NCBI RefSeq assembly: GCF_001564455.1
Contig: NZ_CP011391.1
Coordinates: 840,001 to 872,000, forward strand
Reading direction: 5' to 3'
DNA length: 32,000 nucleotides
DNA from: Faecalibaculum rodentium
GTDB lineage: Bacteria; Bacillota_I; Bacilli_A; Erysipelotrichales; Erysipelotrichaceae
Of this stretch, positions 1 through 17,669 are shown in pieces. Position 1 is the first letter of the stretch; each line of letters begins with the position of its first letter. Under the pieces are notes generated by a model. It ran no database searches. It had not been told where the DNA came from and saw only the letters and a program-made list of their open reading frames with translations. The position numbers and the translations under genes are program-made.

Positions 1-87
1 AGCCGGACCGCTCATTCAGTATCTTTGAAAAGCTTGTGACTTCATCAGAAGCTGCAGGCGATGGAAGCATCTGTCATGGATGCTGAC

Positions 88-99
88 GCTCTTTGAAAA
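88..99 (+). promoter_or_regulatory. boxA-like antitermination element in the rrn leader (GCTCTTTGAAAA)
   Basis: Close to the E. coli boxA GCTCTTTAACAA. It lies in the leader upstream of 16S and is repeated at 10523-10534. Confidence 0.55.
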
Positions 100-200
100 C
101 CGGACAGGAAAAACGAAGTAAATACAAGACGATACAACGTCGATTCTTTGAACCTGAAAAACAATCATGAACACAAGACGCAAAGCGTCTGAGTACAGAT

Positions 201-1738
<1,538 letters not shown>

Positions 1739-1814
1739 AAGGAGAAAGTACAGGGGAAAAGGAAAAAGAGCAGAGTGGTTCCTGTCCGGTTTTGGAAGAG
1801 TGTCTTCCAGGGTC

Positions 1815-1827
1815 GATCTTTGAAAAC
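1815..1827 (+). promoter_or_regulatory. Second boxA-like element in the 16S-23S spacer (GATCTTTGAAAAC)
   Basis: Same TCTTTGAAAA core as the leader element, with a copy at 12250-12262. I could not find a tRNA in the ~230 nt ITS. Confidence 0.4.
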
Positions 1828-1970
1828 CGTACAACGATATGAAAGACAACAGAAGGTCTGAAGTAAAGTTGTGGAGAAATAGAAAGAAACTGAGAGAAAG
1901 AAAAGAACAGTGAAGAAACAGTTCTGAGAAAAATATCTCGAAGAAAGCACGAAAACGTTTGAGAGAATCA

Positions 1971-4852
<2,882 letters not shown>

Positions 4853-4945
4853 TAGAAAGAAGCCCGCAGCTTTGCGGAAAGACAGGAAACGAAAGACATA
4901 TCGTGTATGGTTTTCAGAGAGTGACCTGGAAGAGATGATTCCGGA

Positions 4946-5056
4946 AGATGTGGTCATCACAGTGCTGAGGAAATACCTGTTCCCATCCCGAACACAGAAG
5001 TCAAGCTCAGAGACGGTGACGATAGCCGAAAGGCAAAAATAACAAATGGCCACTCA
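4946..5056 (+). rRNA. rrf: 5S ribosomal RNA, compact form
   Basis: Conserved core CCTGTTCCCATCCCGAACACAGAAGTCAAGCTC. Helix I pairs GTGGTCAT (4950) with ATGGCCAC (5045-5052). Helix IV looks shortened (GCCGAAAGGC). The ends are approximate. Confidence 0.8.
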
Positions 5057-5061
5057 GACAG

Positions 5062-5089
5062 CCGCTTTCCTTACGGAAGGCGGTTTTTT
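5062..5089 (+). terminator. Intrinsic terminator of rrn operon 1
   Basis: Stem CCGCTTTCC / GGAAGGCGG with a TTAC loop, followed by T6. Confidence 0.8.
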
Positions 5090-5571
5090 GTAAGCGTTAA
5101 ATCAAGCCCATCTGGTTAAGAAGCCTCCGATTGTTCAAAATCTATATGAACAAATTTAAGCGACGTTAATTACCCATCTATGACAAATCCCTTCGTAGCA
5201 TGACAATACCGCCACGGAGGGATTTTACATGACTGGACTTGATGATATTTCCCGATTATACCTGGTCACTGAGCCTGTGGACTTTCGCAAAGGCATAGAT
5301 GGACTGGGTATATATGTCCAGTCGATCCTGAACACTGATCCATTCCAGAATGCGATGTTCGTCTTCACCAACAAACGATACAACAAGCTCAAGCTCCTCC
5401 ATTATGACGGTACAGGGTTCTGGCTCCTTCACAAGCAGCTGAGCAAAGGAACCTTCAAATGGCGGATGAGTTCCCCGGATCCGTTTCTGAAGATTTCCCC
5501 ACTGTCTTCCATGAAAATTATCGTATCCCAGGTCTCTTTTTTCGTAAAGATGGGTTTGATTTGACGCTTAC
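5090..5571 (+). mobile_element. Internally deleted IS66-family element (MITE-like, ~480 bp) with both terminal inverted repeats
   Basis: IRL is GTAAGCGTTAAATCAAGCCCATC (5090-5112). IRR is GATGGGTTTGATTTGACGCTTAC (5549-5571). The two match at 21 of 23 positions as inverted repeats. The GTAAGCG terminus is typical of IS66. The only coding content is a truncated IS66 Orf2 (tnpB). There is no tnpC (DDE) gene. Confidence 0.75.
5229..5564 (+). pseudogene. tnpB: IS66 family Orf2 (TnpB accessory protein), C-terminally truncated or fused to IR-proximal sequence
   Basis: N-terminal ~85 aa (YLVTEPVDFRKGIDGLGIYVQSIL..DPF...MFVFTNKRYNKLKLLHYDGTGFWLLHKQLSKGTFKW) fit the IS66 Orf2 pattern. The tail (LSSMKIIVSQVSFFVKMGLI) runs into the IRR and looks non-native. 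Confidence 0.65.
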
Positions 5572-5663
5572 GTTGTTTGTTTATATTCGATCTTCATCCA
5601 CTGGTGCGAAGCTGATCAAAACAAATCAAATAATTCGTGATTGGCACGATGTAAAGATACAAT

Positions 5664-6377
5664 GTGAGTATGAAAAAAACGCTAATTGAAAAATTGATTG
5701 CAGAGGAGAATGAACCTGAAGAGGAGTCTTTCCGAGTCGCTTTTCTTCTTTCTTTGAGCATAGGGATATTGAATGCCTGTACATGGATGAGCAGAGGCCA
5801 TGTATTTGCCAGCAGCCAGTCAGGAAATTTGCTGTACCTCGGACTGGATATCGCTCAGGGAGAGTTTTCGAATGTTATCAAATATCTATTTCCTCCATTA
5901 ATGTTCGGCGCAGGTATTGTCATTGCCGAGCACTTTAAGGATCATCCTCATTACTTGTCCTGGAGGAGGATCCCAATGATTATTGAGTTTACCATGATAA
6001 CCGTGGCGACTTTTATGCCGGATTCCTGGAACGATCTTGCAAATCCAATCTTTGGGCTTGCTTGTGGCCTACAGGCTATTGCATTCAGACATATACATAA
6101 TATTCCTATTGCCACCCTTGCCATAAATGGCTCATATCAGAATGCATTGGAATACCTTACACGGTATCTGAACATACGTGATCACGAAGATGCTTTTCGA
6201 ACCGTACTGTATTCTTCTATTGTATTCACATATCTGGGGGGGATCATACTCGGTGGACTCCTTGTTCCGTATATAGGGCATTTCGTTTCATTGATCAGTG
6301 CAGCTTTAATTGCGGTTAGTTCTCTTATTGTAAAGAAGAATGCGAAACAAAAGCATGCCATTGAGGACCATTCATAA
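5664..6377 (+). CDS. YoaK/DUF1275 family membrane protein
   Basis: Multi-pass hydrophobic protein with patterns as in UPF0700/DUF1275 (ES..VAFLLS...NA.....GHVFASSQSGNLLYLG). The start is uncertain: GTG 5664 or ATG 5670. A TACAAT box at 5658-5663 would make ATG 5670 a possible leaderless start. Confidence 0.6.
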   Translation: MSMKKTLIEKLIAEENEPEEESFRVAFLLSLSIGILNACTWMSRGHVFASSQSGNLLYLGLDIAQGEFSNVIKYLFPPLMFGAGIVIAEHFKDHPHYLSWRRIPMIIEFTMITVATFMPDSWNDLANPIFGLACGLQAIAFRHIHNIPIATLAINGSYQNALEYLTRYLNIRDHEDAFRTVLYSSIVFTYLGGIILGGLLVPYIGHFVSLISAALIAVSSLIVKKNAKQKHAIEDHS

Positions 6378-6414
6378 GCCCGGATCGGGAATATATGTGC
6401 GTGAACAGTATAAG

Positions 6415-6457
6415 AAAACCCGGAAGCCATTTTGATACTCTATGGTTTCCGGGTTTT
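6415..6457. terminator. Bidirectional intrinsic terminator between convergent genes
   Basis: A ~16 bp hairpin, AAAACCCGGAAGCCAT...ATGGTTTCCGGGTTTT, with an A-run and a T-run on either side. Confidence 0.8.
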
Positions 6458-6471
6458 ACTGATTTATTCTA

Positions 6472-7191
6472 TTAAGACTGGTTTGATGGTGCAGGATCTT
6501 CGGGCTCTTCCAAAAAAGCGCATGCACAATATCCTTCACTGGGCTGGTAGCAATAAATCATAAGCTCTTTATTGATTTCCGGAGAATAATCTCGAAAGAT
6601 TCGGGAGCCTCCATTGAGCGCTACATCAGCATAAGCTACAAGCCATTTACGATCTCCATTGCGGAAAATGTTGTAGAATGATTCATTCAAAAGCTGCTCT
6701 CTGGAGAGACTTTGCAAATCAGTCATTGCTTCATTTGCGTATCGGAATCTGAAATCAATACTGTTTCCCGTATTATCGTACAGAAGTTCGATTACACAAA
6801 AAGGTATTGGCATTCTGTCAAGGACGGAGAAGGCGTTAATCAGATCTGAAGATCCATTCACCATTTCGGTAGAATTGAAGCGCCGTTCCTGTTCAAAACG
6901 GTAAAGCATTGGCATACGGGCGCGTCCTTTGAAATGATTGCCATCCTGCATCATATACTGATCATCGTGAATGGATGCGATTTTGTCGGATGCCAAAGCG
7001 ATACCCTTGTTCACGTTGATAAAATGATCAGGGGTCATTTCTGTAATAATTGTTTTCAATGGCGTATATGTTTCGACTATTCTGCCATCGTCTAAACAAA
7101 TACAGGTTTTGCCATCACGGCGAATAATATACTTGATGTCAGTCTCTGTAATGTGATGTTTTGTGAAGAATTTCTGTATTTTCTTATCCAT
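6472..7191 (-). CDS. One-component regulator: N-terminal LytTR DNA-binding domain + C-terminal PAS-like sensor domain
   Basis: The start was moved to MDKKIQKFF (ATG at 7191, GAGGA RBS). The LytTR pattern is ITETDIKYIIRRDGKTCICLDDGRIVETYTPLKTIITEM.PDHFINVNKGIALA. The C-terminal segment PFCVIELLYDNTGNSIDFRFRYANEAMTDL...FYNIFRNGDRKWLVAYADVALNGG...YSPEINKELMIYCYQPSEGYCACAF resembles PAS sensor modules found in clostridial signalling proteins. There is no receiver domain. Confidence 0.7.
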   Translation of the reverse strand: MDKKIQKFFTKHHITETDIKYIIRRDGKTCICLDDGRIVETYTPLKTIITEMTPDHFINVNKGIALASDKIASIHDDQYMMQDGNHFKGRARMPMLYRFEQERRFNSTEMVNGSSDLINAFSVLDRMPIPFCVIELLYDNTGNSIDFRFRYANEAMTDLQSLSREQLLNESFYNIFRNGDRKWLVAYADVALNGGSRIFRDYSPEINKELMIYCYQPSEGYCACAFLEEPEDPAPSNQS

Positions 7192-7375
7192 GGTCGTCCT
7201 CAGGTGTAGAAAAAACAACGGCTTAATACGTGTTTTATGAATAAACGAAACCGTTTCAAGAATAAAAACGAGTTTAACTATTGGTATTAAAATCATAGAG
7301 GATTTGAATCAAAATCGCAAATAAAAAAACGCAAAATGACGTTTAGTCATAGAAATTACTCCAAAGTGAATGCGC

Positions 7376-7403
7376 TTACACTTTAAACCAATTGCGGTAT
7401 AAT
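7376..7403 (+). promoter_or_regulatory. Putative sigma-A promoter of the phosphatase gene (TTACAC-16-TATAAT)
   Basis: Hexamer match only. Confidence 0.4.
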
Positions 7404-7443
7404 TAGCGTGGATTCCCACAATGTTTCACCAAGGAGTTTGAAT

Positions 7444-8052
7444 ATGACAACATTTTTTATTATACGGCATGGGAAAACACTGTTTAATGAAAAGGAAAGG
7501 CTACAGGGATGGTGCGATTCACCACTTACAGATGAGGGCTGTGCTCAAATGCGGCGTTTGTCGGAAGGCCTGAAAGACATTGAATTCTCAGCTATTTATT
7601 CCTCCACGTCTCCGAGGGCCCTGACCTGCGCTTCTATGCTGGCTTCTGACAGATCTCTTGATATCCGTGCCAGAGAGTCGCTGAAAGAGGTAGGATATGG
7701 AAGTCTGGAAGGAGAATATCTTGCGGATGCGTTTCCGGAGGGGCAACTGAGTAAAGTTGGCTATGCACAGTTCAATGGAGAGGATCTTTATACAGCCCAG
7801 CAAAGATTTGTGCGGGAAATGCAGCACATTGCTGAAGAATTCCCTGATGACAATGTCGCTGTTGTGACTCACGGGCATCTGATCAAGACTCTGCTGGGTA
7901 GTTTCAGTCAACAGTTTGCAGCGGAGACGATTAAATCAGCAGACCAGATTCCTCCATGTTCTGTCACAGTATTGAAGTACGAAAACAATCGTTTCACGCT
8001 GGATACTTTGCCCGATATAACCTGGAGAACGAGTTCTGATCTTTCAAAGTGA
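7444..8052 (+). CDS. Histidine phosphatase superfamily protein (phosphoglycerate mutase-like)
   Basis: FFIIRHGKTLFNEKERLQGWCDSPLTDEG contains the RHG catalytic motif, with VVTHGH later in the protein. The start is at ATG 7444, after an AAGGAG RBS. Confidence 0.85.
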   Translation: MTTFFIIRHGKTLFNEKERLQGWCDSPLTDEGCAQMRRLSEGLKDIEFSAIYSSTSPRALTCASMLASDRSLDIRARESLKEVGYGSLEGEYLADAFPEGQLSKVGYAQFNGEDLYTAQQRFVREMQHIAEEFPDDNVAVVTHGHLIKTLLGSFSQQFAAETIKSADQIPPCSVTVLKYENNRFTLDTLPDITWRTSSDLSK

Positions 8053-8066
8053 TGAACATAGACCAA

Positions 8067-8103
8067 AAACAGGAAGACCTCTTGACATGGAGTCTTCCTG
8101 TTT
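8067..8103 (+). terminator. Hairpin terminator after the phosphatase gene
   Basis: 12 bp stem AAACAGGAAGAC / GTCTTCCTGTTT. The T-run is short on the + strand and there is T5 on the - strand. Confidence 0.6.
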
Positions 8104-8106
8104 GCA

Positions 8107-8133
8107 TTAAAAAGGACTGGGTTATCCAGTCCT
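8107..8133 (-). terminator. Intrinsic terminator of gdhA
   Basis: The minus strand reads AGGACTGGATAACCCAGTCCTTTTT. Confidence 0.75.
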
Positions 8134-8156
8134 GTGTTCTGCTGCTATTCAGAAAA

Positions 8157-10025
<1,869 letters not shown>

Positions 10026-10066
10026 TCTCTGAACCAACGGAACAGTCTGCTTCATCTTGAAATCTG

Positions 10067-10114
10067 CTGCAGCAGTAAATTCAAAGAAACCCTGGATTTA
10101 CTGCTGCAGTTTTC
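10067..10114 (+). terminator. Intrinsic terminator of rpiB
   Basis: 14 bp stem CTGCAGCAGTAAAT / ATTTACTGCTGCAG followed by TTTT. Confidence 0.75.
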
Positions 10115-10271
10115 GTTTCATATTTTTTTGAATCAGTGATCTTCTTTTTAGAACCGGATAAGCGCAAAACAGTCTCGGATTTCGGTTGAAATGCACGTCT
10201 GCCTGGAGACTGAGTATGACAATGCAGATCTATCTTGTTCGATGAAGAGCCACCATGATTTTGAAAAACAG

Positions 10272-10300
10272 TTGCACAATACCCAGATAAATGATATATT
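10272..10300 (+). promoter_or_regulatory. Candidate upstream rrn promoter (TTGCAC-17-TATATT)
   Basis: Hexamer match in AT-rich DNA upstream of operon 2. Confidence 0.35.
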
Positions 10301-10373
10301 TACTAGGCCGCAAGTGATTTGGATAAATCAATAAGTCATAACACAGAAAAGAACAAAAAGTTCAAAAAATGTG

Positions 10374-10402
10374 TTGACAGACTCTTGCGGATGAGTTAAG
10401 AT
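10374..10402 (+). promoter_or_regulatory. Candidate rrn promoter P1 (TTGACA-17-TAAGAT)
   Basis: Perfect -35 hexamer preceded by an A-rich UP-like tract. Confidence 0.5.
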
Positions 10403-10430
10403 ATAGGAGTGCTGAGGGGCACAGGCGGGC

Positions 10431-10460
10431 TTGACAGCCGGACCGCTCATTCAGTATCTT
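10431..10460 (+). promoter_or_regulatory. Candidate rrn promoter P2 (TTGACA-18-TATCTT)
   Basis: Perfect -35 hexamer. Its spacer and -10 region are also present at the start of the window (1-25) for operon 1, so it is conserved between the two operons. Confidence 0.5.
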
Positions 10461-10522
10461 TGAAAGGCTTGTGACTTCATCAGAAGCCGCAGGCGATGGA
10501 GGCATCTGTCATGGGTACTGAC

Positions 10523-10534
10523 GCTCTTTGAAAA
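10523..10534 (+). promoter_or_regulatory. boxA-like element, operon 2 leader
   Basis: GCTCTTTGAAAA, identical to 88-99. Confidence 0.55.
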
Positions 10535-10635
10535 CCGGACAGGAAAAACGAAGTAAATACAAGACGATACAACGTCGATTCTTTGAACCTGAAAAACAAT
10601 CATGAACACAAGACGCAAAGCGTCTGAGTACAGAT

Positions 10636-12173
<1,538 letters not shown>

Positions 12174-12406
12174 AAGGAGAAAGTACAGGGGAAAAGGAAA
12201 AAGAGCAGAGTGGTTCCTGTCCGGTTTTGGAAGAGTGTCTTCCAGGGTCGATCTTTGAAAACCGTACAACGATATGAAAGACAACAGAAGGTCTGAAGTA
12301 AAGTTGTGGAGAAATAGAAAGAAACTGAGAGAAAGAAAAGAACAGTGAAGAAACAGTTCTGAGAAAAATATCTCGAAGAAAGCACGAAAAACGTTTGAGA
12401 GAATCA

Positions 12407-15288
<2,882 letters not shown>

Positions 15289-15379
15289 TAGAAAGAAGCC
15301 CGCAGCTTTGCGGAAGACAGGAAACGAAAGACATATCGTGTATGGTTTTCAGAGAGTGACCTGAAGACAGGATTCCAGC

Positions 15380-15403
15380 AGTCGCCAGTGGCGGCTTTTT
15401 TTT
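15380..15403 (+). terminator. Intrinsic terminator that ends rrn operon 2 directly after the 23S spacer, with no 5S
   Basis: Stem AGTCGCC / GGCGGCT with a 3-nt loop, followed by T8. Confidence 0.7.
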
Positions 15404-15745
15404 ATCTCTGTTTATTCTGCACGTTGGCTCAGGCTGCTGACTGATTGCGATACACGAACAGGTTCTGAATGATGCTGCAGAATGAACGATATTGCCGTTA
15501 CTTTTCAGGAAACTGTCTGCAGTTTTAAAATCCGTTGATAAATCATCTGTTGAATTAAGAATATGGGGAACGCTGTAAAACATTCTATTCTTTTGCGATT
15601 ACGCCTGGTATCGATGGATACTGGTTCCTGCCTTCCTTCGATAGCAAGACATAAAATCACAGACCAGTATTACTATGAACAGAAACATGAACAGGTGGCT
15701 TCAAATAAGGAAATATCGGAAAGCCGAATATCCCTCTGAAAATCC

Positions 15746-15774
15746 TTGCATATGCGACAAACAAAAATTATACT
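15746..15774 (+). promoter_or_regulatory. Putative promoter of the EIIA gene (TTGCAT-17-TATACT)
   Basis: Hexamers and spacing only. Confidence 0.45.
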
Positions 15775-15787
15775 AGAGTCAGCAAAT

Positions 15788-15795
15788 GTATATAC
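15788..15795. promoter_or_regulatory. Candidate HutC/GntR-type operator palindrome GTATATAC
   Basis: Fits the published HutC-subfamily core GT-M-TA-K-AC exactly. It lies just downstream of the putative -10. A further TATAC half-site is at 15812-15816. Confidence 0.3.
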
Positions 15796-15843
15796 TAATT
15801 AAACACAGGAATATACATTATGGAATGATGAGGAGGGTACTGT

Positions 15844-16164
15844 ATGGAAGGCATGGAATTGATTTGTTTTCAGATTATCGCAGCTAGTGGAGGAGCAAAA
15901 TCTGCATTTATTGCGGCAATTGATGCAGCAAAGAAGGGTGATTTTGAGGAAGCTGCCCGACAGATGGAAGCTGGAGAAGAGTTTATGAATCAGGGTCATG
16001 AACCTCATGCTCAGTTGATTCAAAAAGAGGCAGCAGGTGAATCCAATCCCATCAGTCTGCTGCTGATTCATGCAGAAGATCAGATGATGGGGGCAGAACA
16101 GTTTAAAGTTCTGGCTGAAAAAACAATCGGCGTATACAAAGTTCTTGCTGATCTGCAAAAATAG
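15844..16164 (+). CDS. PTS lactose/cellobiose family EIIA component
   Basis: 106 aa helical protein, ...QIIAASGGAKSAFIAAIDAAKKGDFEEA...HAQLIQKEA...LLLIHAEDQMM, typical of ChbA/LicA/CelC-type EIIA. RBS is GAGGAGGG. Confidence 0.88.
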   Translation: MEGMELICFQIIAASGGAKSAFIAAIDAAKKGDFEEAARQMEAGEEFMNQGHEPHAQLIQKEAAGESNPISLLLIHAEDQMMGAEQFKVLAEKTIGVYKVLADLQK

Positions 16165-16190
16165 AATCGTTATATCCTAAGAAATCAAAT

Positions 16191-16226
16191 AAATAAACCG
16201 CCGGGGACTCCTGGCGGTTTATTTCT
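16191..16226 (+). terminator. Intrinsic terminator of the EIIA gene
   Basis: 12 bp stem AAATAAACCGCC / GGCGGTTTATTT. Confidence 0.75.
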
Positions 16227-16725
16227 GTACTGGTTTTATGTGCCATCAGCCCTGTTCCACAGATTTAATAAGGTCGCGACTGATGAGTTCCTGTTTTCGA
16301 AACCCAGTCCCTTGTATTGTATAGAACCATCATGTAACAACAGATTTTGGATGTATGCAGGCCTCTTTAGCCGGTTGTGTCAACAAACTCGTCAAGATTT
16401 AACTCAGTATTCACCTGGCAAGTCCGAGGCCGATTCCTTATGGTACGTGAGTCGAAACCCGCGTCTCATATAATGGGTCTTTCGCAGAGTAATACTGGAT
16501 GAGCTCCGGCAAAGATGATATCGGAAAATTTGGAAGCCTGATTTATCCCGCATCTGACAGGATTCAATGAATATATACCAGTATCCTCAGCAAAGTCCTG
16601 TTTTGCCTATCTGTGTTACAGTAAGCTCTGAGAAAAATTATCAGGTCTTTCTGAAATGGGTTTTCCTCTGCAAAGTATATAATCAGATTGCAGACATTGC
16701 TGCGGCTAAGTAAGGAGAGAGTATT

Positions 16726-17157
16726 TTGAAATCTACAATGCAGGAATTCCGGGAATTCATCATGAAAGGCAATATCATTGATATGGCCGTCGGCGTTATC
16801 ATGGGTGGTGCATTTGGCAAGATTGTCACTTCCCTGGTAGACAATATTCTGATGCCGCTGATTGGAGTTCTTTCAGGAGGTGTCAATGTAAAAGATCTGA
16901 TGTGGCAGGTTGGAGGGGCGAAGGTTTTGTATGGAATTTTCCTCCAGAATGTCATTGATTTTCTGATCATCGCTGTTTGTATGTTTGTTTTCGTAAAAGC
17001 GATGGCCAAGCTCAAATTCGGCAAAAAGGCAGAAGAGCCTGCACCAGAACCGGAACCTGAAATCACTGACGAGGTCCGCCTTCTTTCGGAAATCAAGGAT
17101 CTTCTGGCAGCCAGACAGGTTTCCAATGCAACAGATGCATCGACAGTAGAAAAATAG
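16726..17157 (+). CDS. mscL: Large-conductance mechanosensitive channel
   Basis: EFREFIMKGNIIDMAVGVIMGGAFGKIVTSLVDNILMPLIG is the MscL signature. The TTG start at 16726 is 8 nt after AAGGAG. ATG 16738 is the alternative start. Confidence 0.92.
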   Translation: MKSTMQEFREFIMKGNIIDMAVGVIMGGAFGKIVTSLVDNILMPLIGVLSGGVNVKDLMWQVGGAKVLYGIFLQNVIDFLIIAVCMFVFVKAMAKLKFGKKAEEPAPEPEPEITDEVRLLSEIKDLLAARQVSNATDASTVEK

Positions 17158-17173
17158 CAGACAGTACAACAGA

Positions 17174-17198
17174 AAAGCAGATTAAATCTGCTTTTTTT
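17174..17198 (+). terminator. Intrinsic terminator of mscL
   Basis: AAAGCAGAT-TAA-ATCTGCTTT followed by a T-run. Confidence 0.8.
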
Positions 17199-17240
17199 CT
17201 TGTACATCACAATATTATCTGATATTATAAGTAGGCGCTT

Positions 17241-17314
17241 AGGGGTATAGTTTAATGGTAGAACAGCGGTCTCCAAAACCGTTAGTGTGGGTTCAACTCC
17301 TGCTACCCCTGCCA
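17241..17314 (+). tRNA. trnW: tRNA-Trp (anticodon CCA), with 3' CCA encoded
   Basis: Acceptor stem AGGGGTA / TACCCCT. Anticodon loop CTCCAAA. T-arm GTGGGTTCAACTCCTGC. Ends in GCCA. Confidence 0.9.
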
Positions 17315-17325
17315 TATAGAGTATC

Positions 17326-17351
17326 AGATCTGCAATTGCAGGTCTTTTTTT
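17326..17351 (+). terminator. Intrinsic terminator after tRNA-Trp
   Basis: AGATCTGC-AATT-GCAGGTCT followed by T7. Confidence 0.8.
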
Positions 17352-17669
17352 CTGCAGACGATGGCTGACAGATATAGCTGTAATCAGCACAACAAACTCC
17401 GAAGTCCTTTGACTCACTGACCTTGCTCTGCATACAGAGAATCTTTAAAAGACCCATATTTTCCATCTGACTTCATCAGACCTCTATGACCCATTGGATA
17501 CTTTTTTCCAGAGTATGGGTTCTGAGGCGGGTTTGGACAGAATGGATCATATGGGTCTTTTTTTTACAGCCAGTCAGTTGCCGGAAAGCAGATGCGGTTT
17601 GGAACATGATATTTCCGAAGAAACGTCATGCCGCTTTGCATTGCTGCTTCTGGACACAGAAAGCAGCGA

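Noticed and set aside
5229-5564. Possibility that the gene labelled tnpB is an RNA-guided TnpB nuclease (OMEGA/IS200-IS605 type)
   Set aside because: The sequence matches the small IS66 Orf2 accessory protein, which is an unrelated family that shares the name. It is about 110 aa and has no RuvC motifs.
7366-7381. GAATGCGCTTAC resembling the IS66 right-end terminus (…GACGCTTAC)
   Set aside because: Only 7-8 nt match, there is no partner repeat, and it overlaps a plausible -35 region, so it is probably coincidence.
16240-16473. 77 aa plus-strand ORF downstream of the EIIA terminator
   Set aside because: It has no RBS and starts immediately after a terminator. Its composition is unremarkable and I recognise no motif. 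The region is kept only as part of the unexplained-intergenic finding.
16441-16475. tRNA-like 3' fragment on the minus strand (…GCGGGTTTCGACTCACGTACCA) as a possible integrase att remnant
   Set aside because: It cannot be folded into a proper T-arm and acceptor stem, and there is no matching tRNA gene or integrase nearby.
15665-16499. Inverted 11-mer CCAGTATTACT (15665) / AGTAATACTGG (16489) flanking the EIIA gene, as possible ends of a small mobile cassette
   Set aside because: The match does not extend beyond 11 nt. There are no target duplications, and an 11-mer inverted match within ~1 kb is not far from chance expectation.
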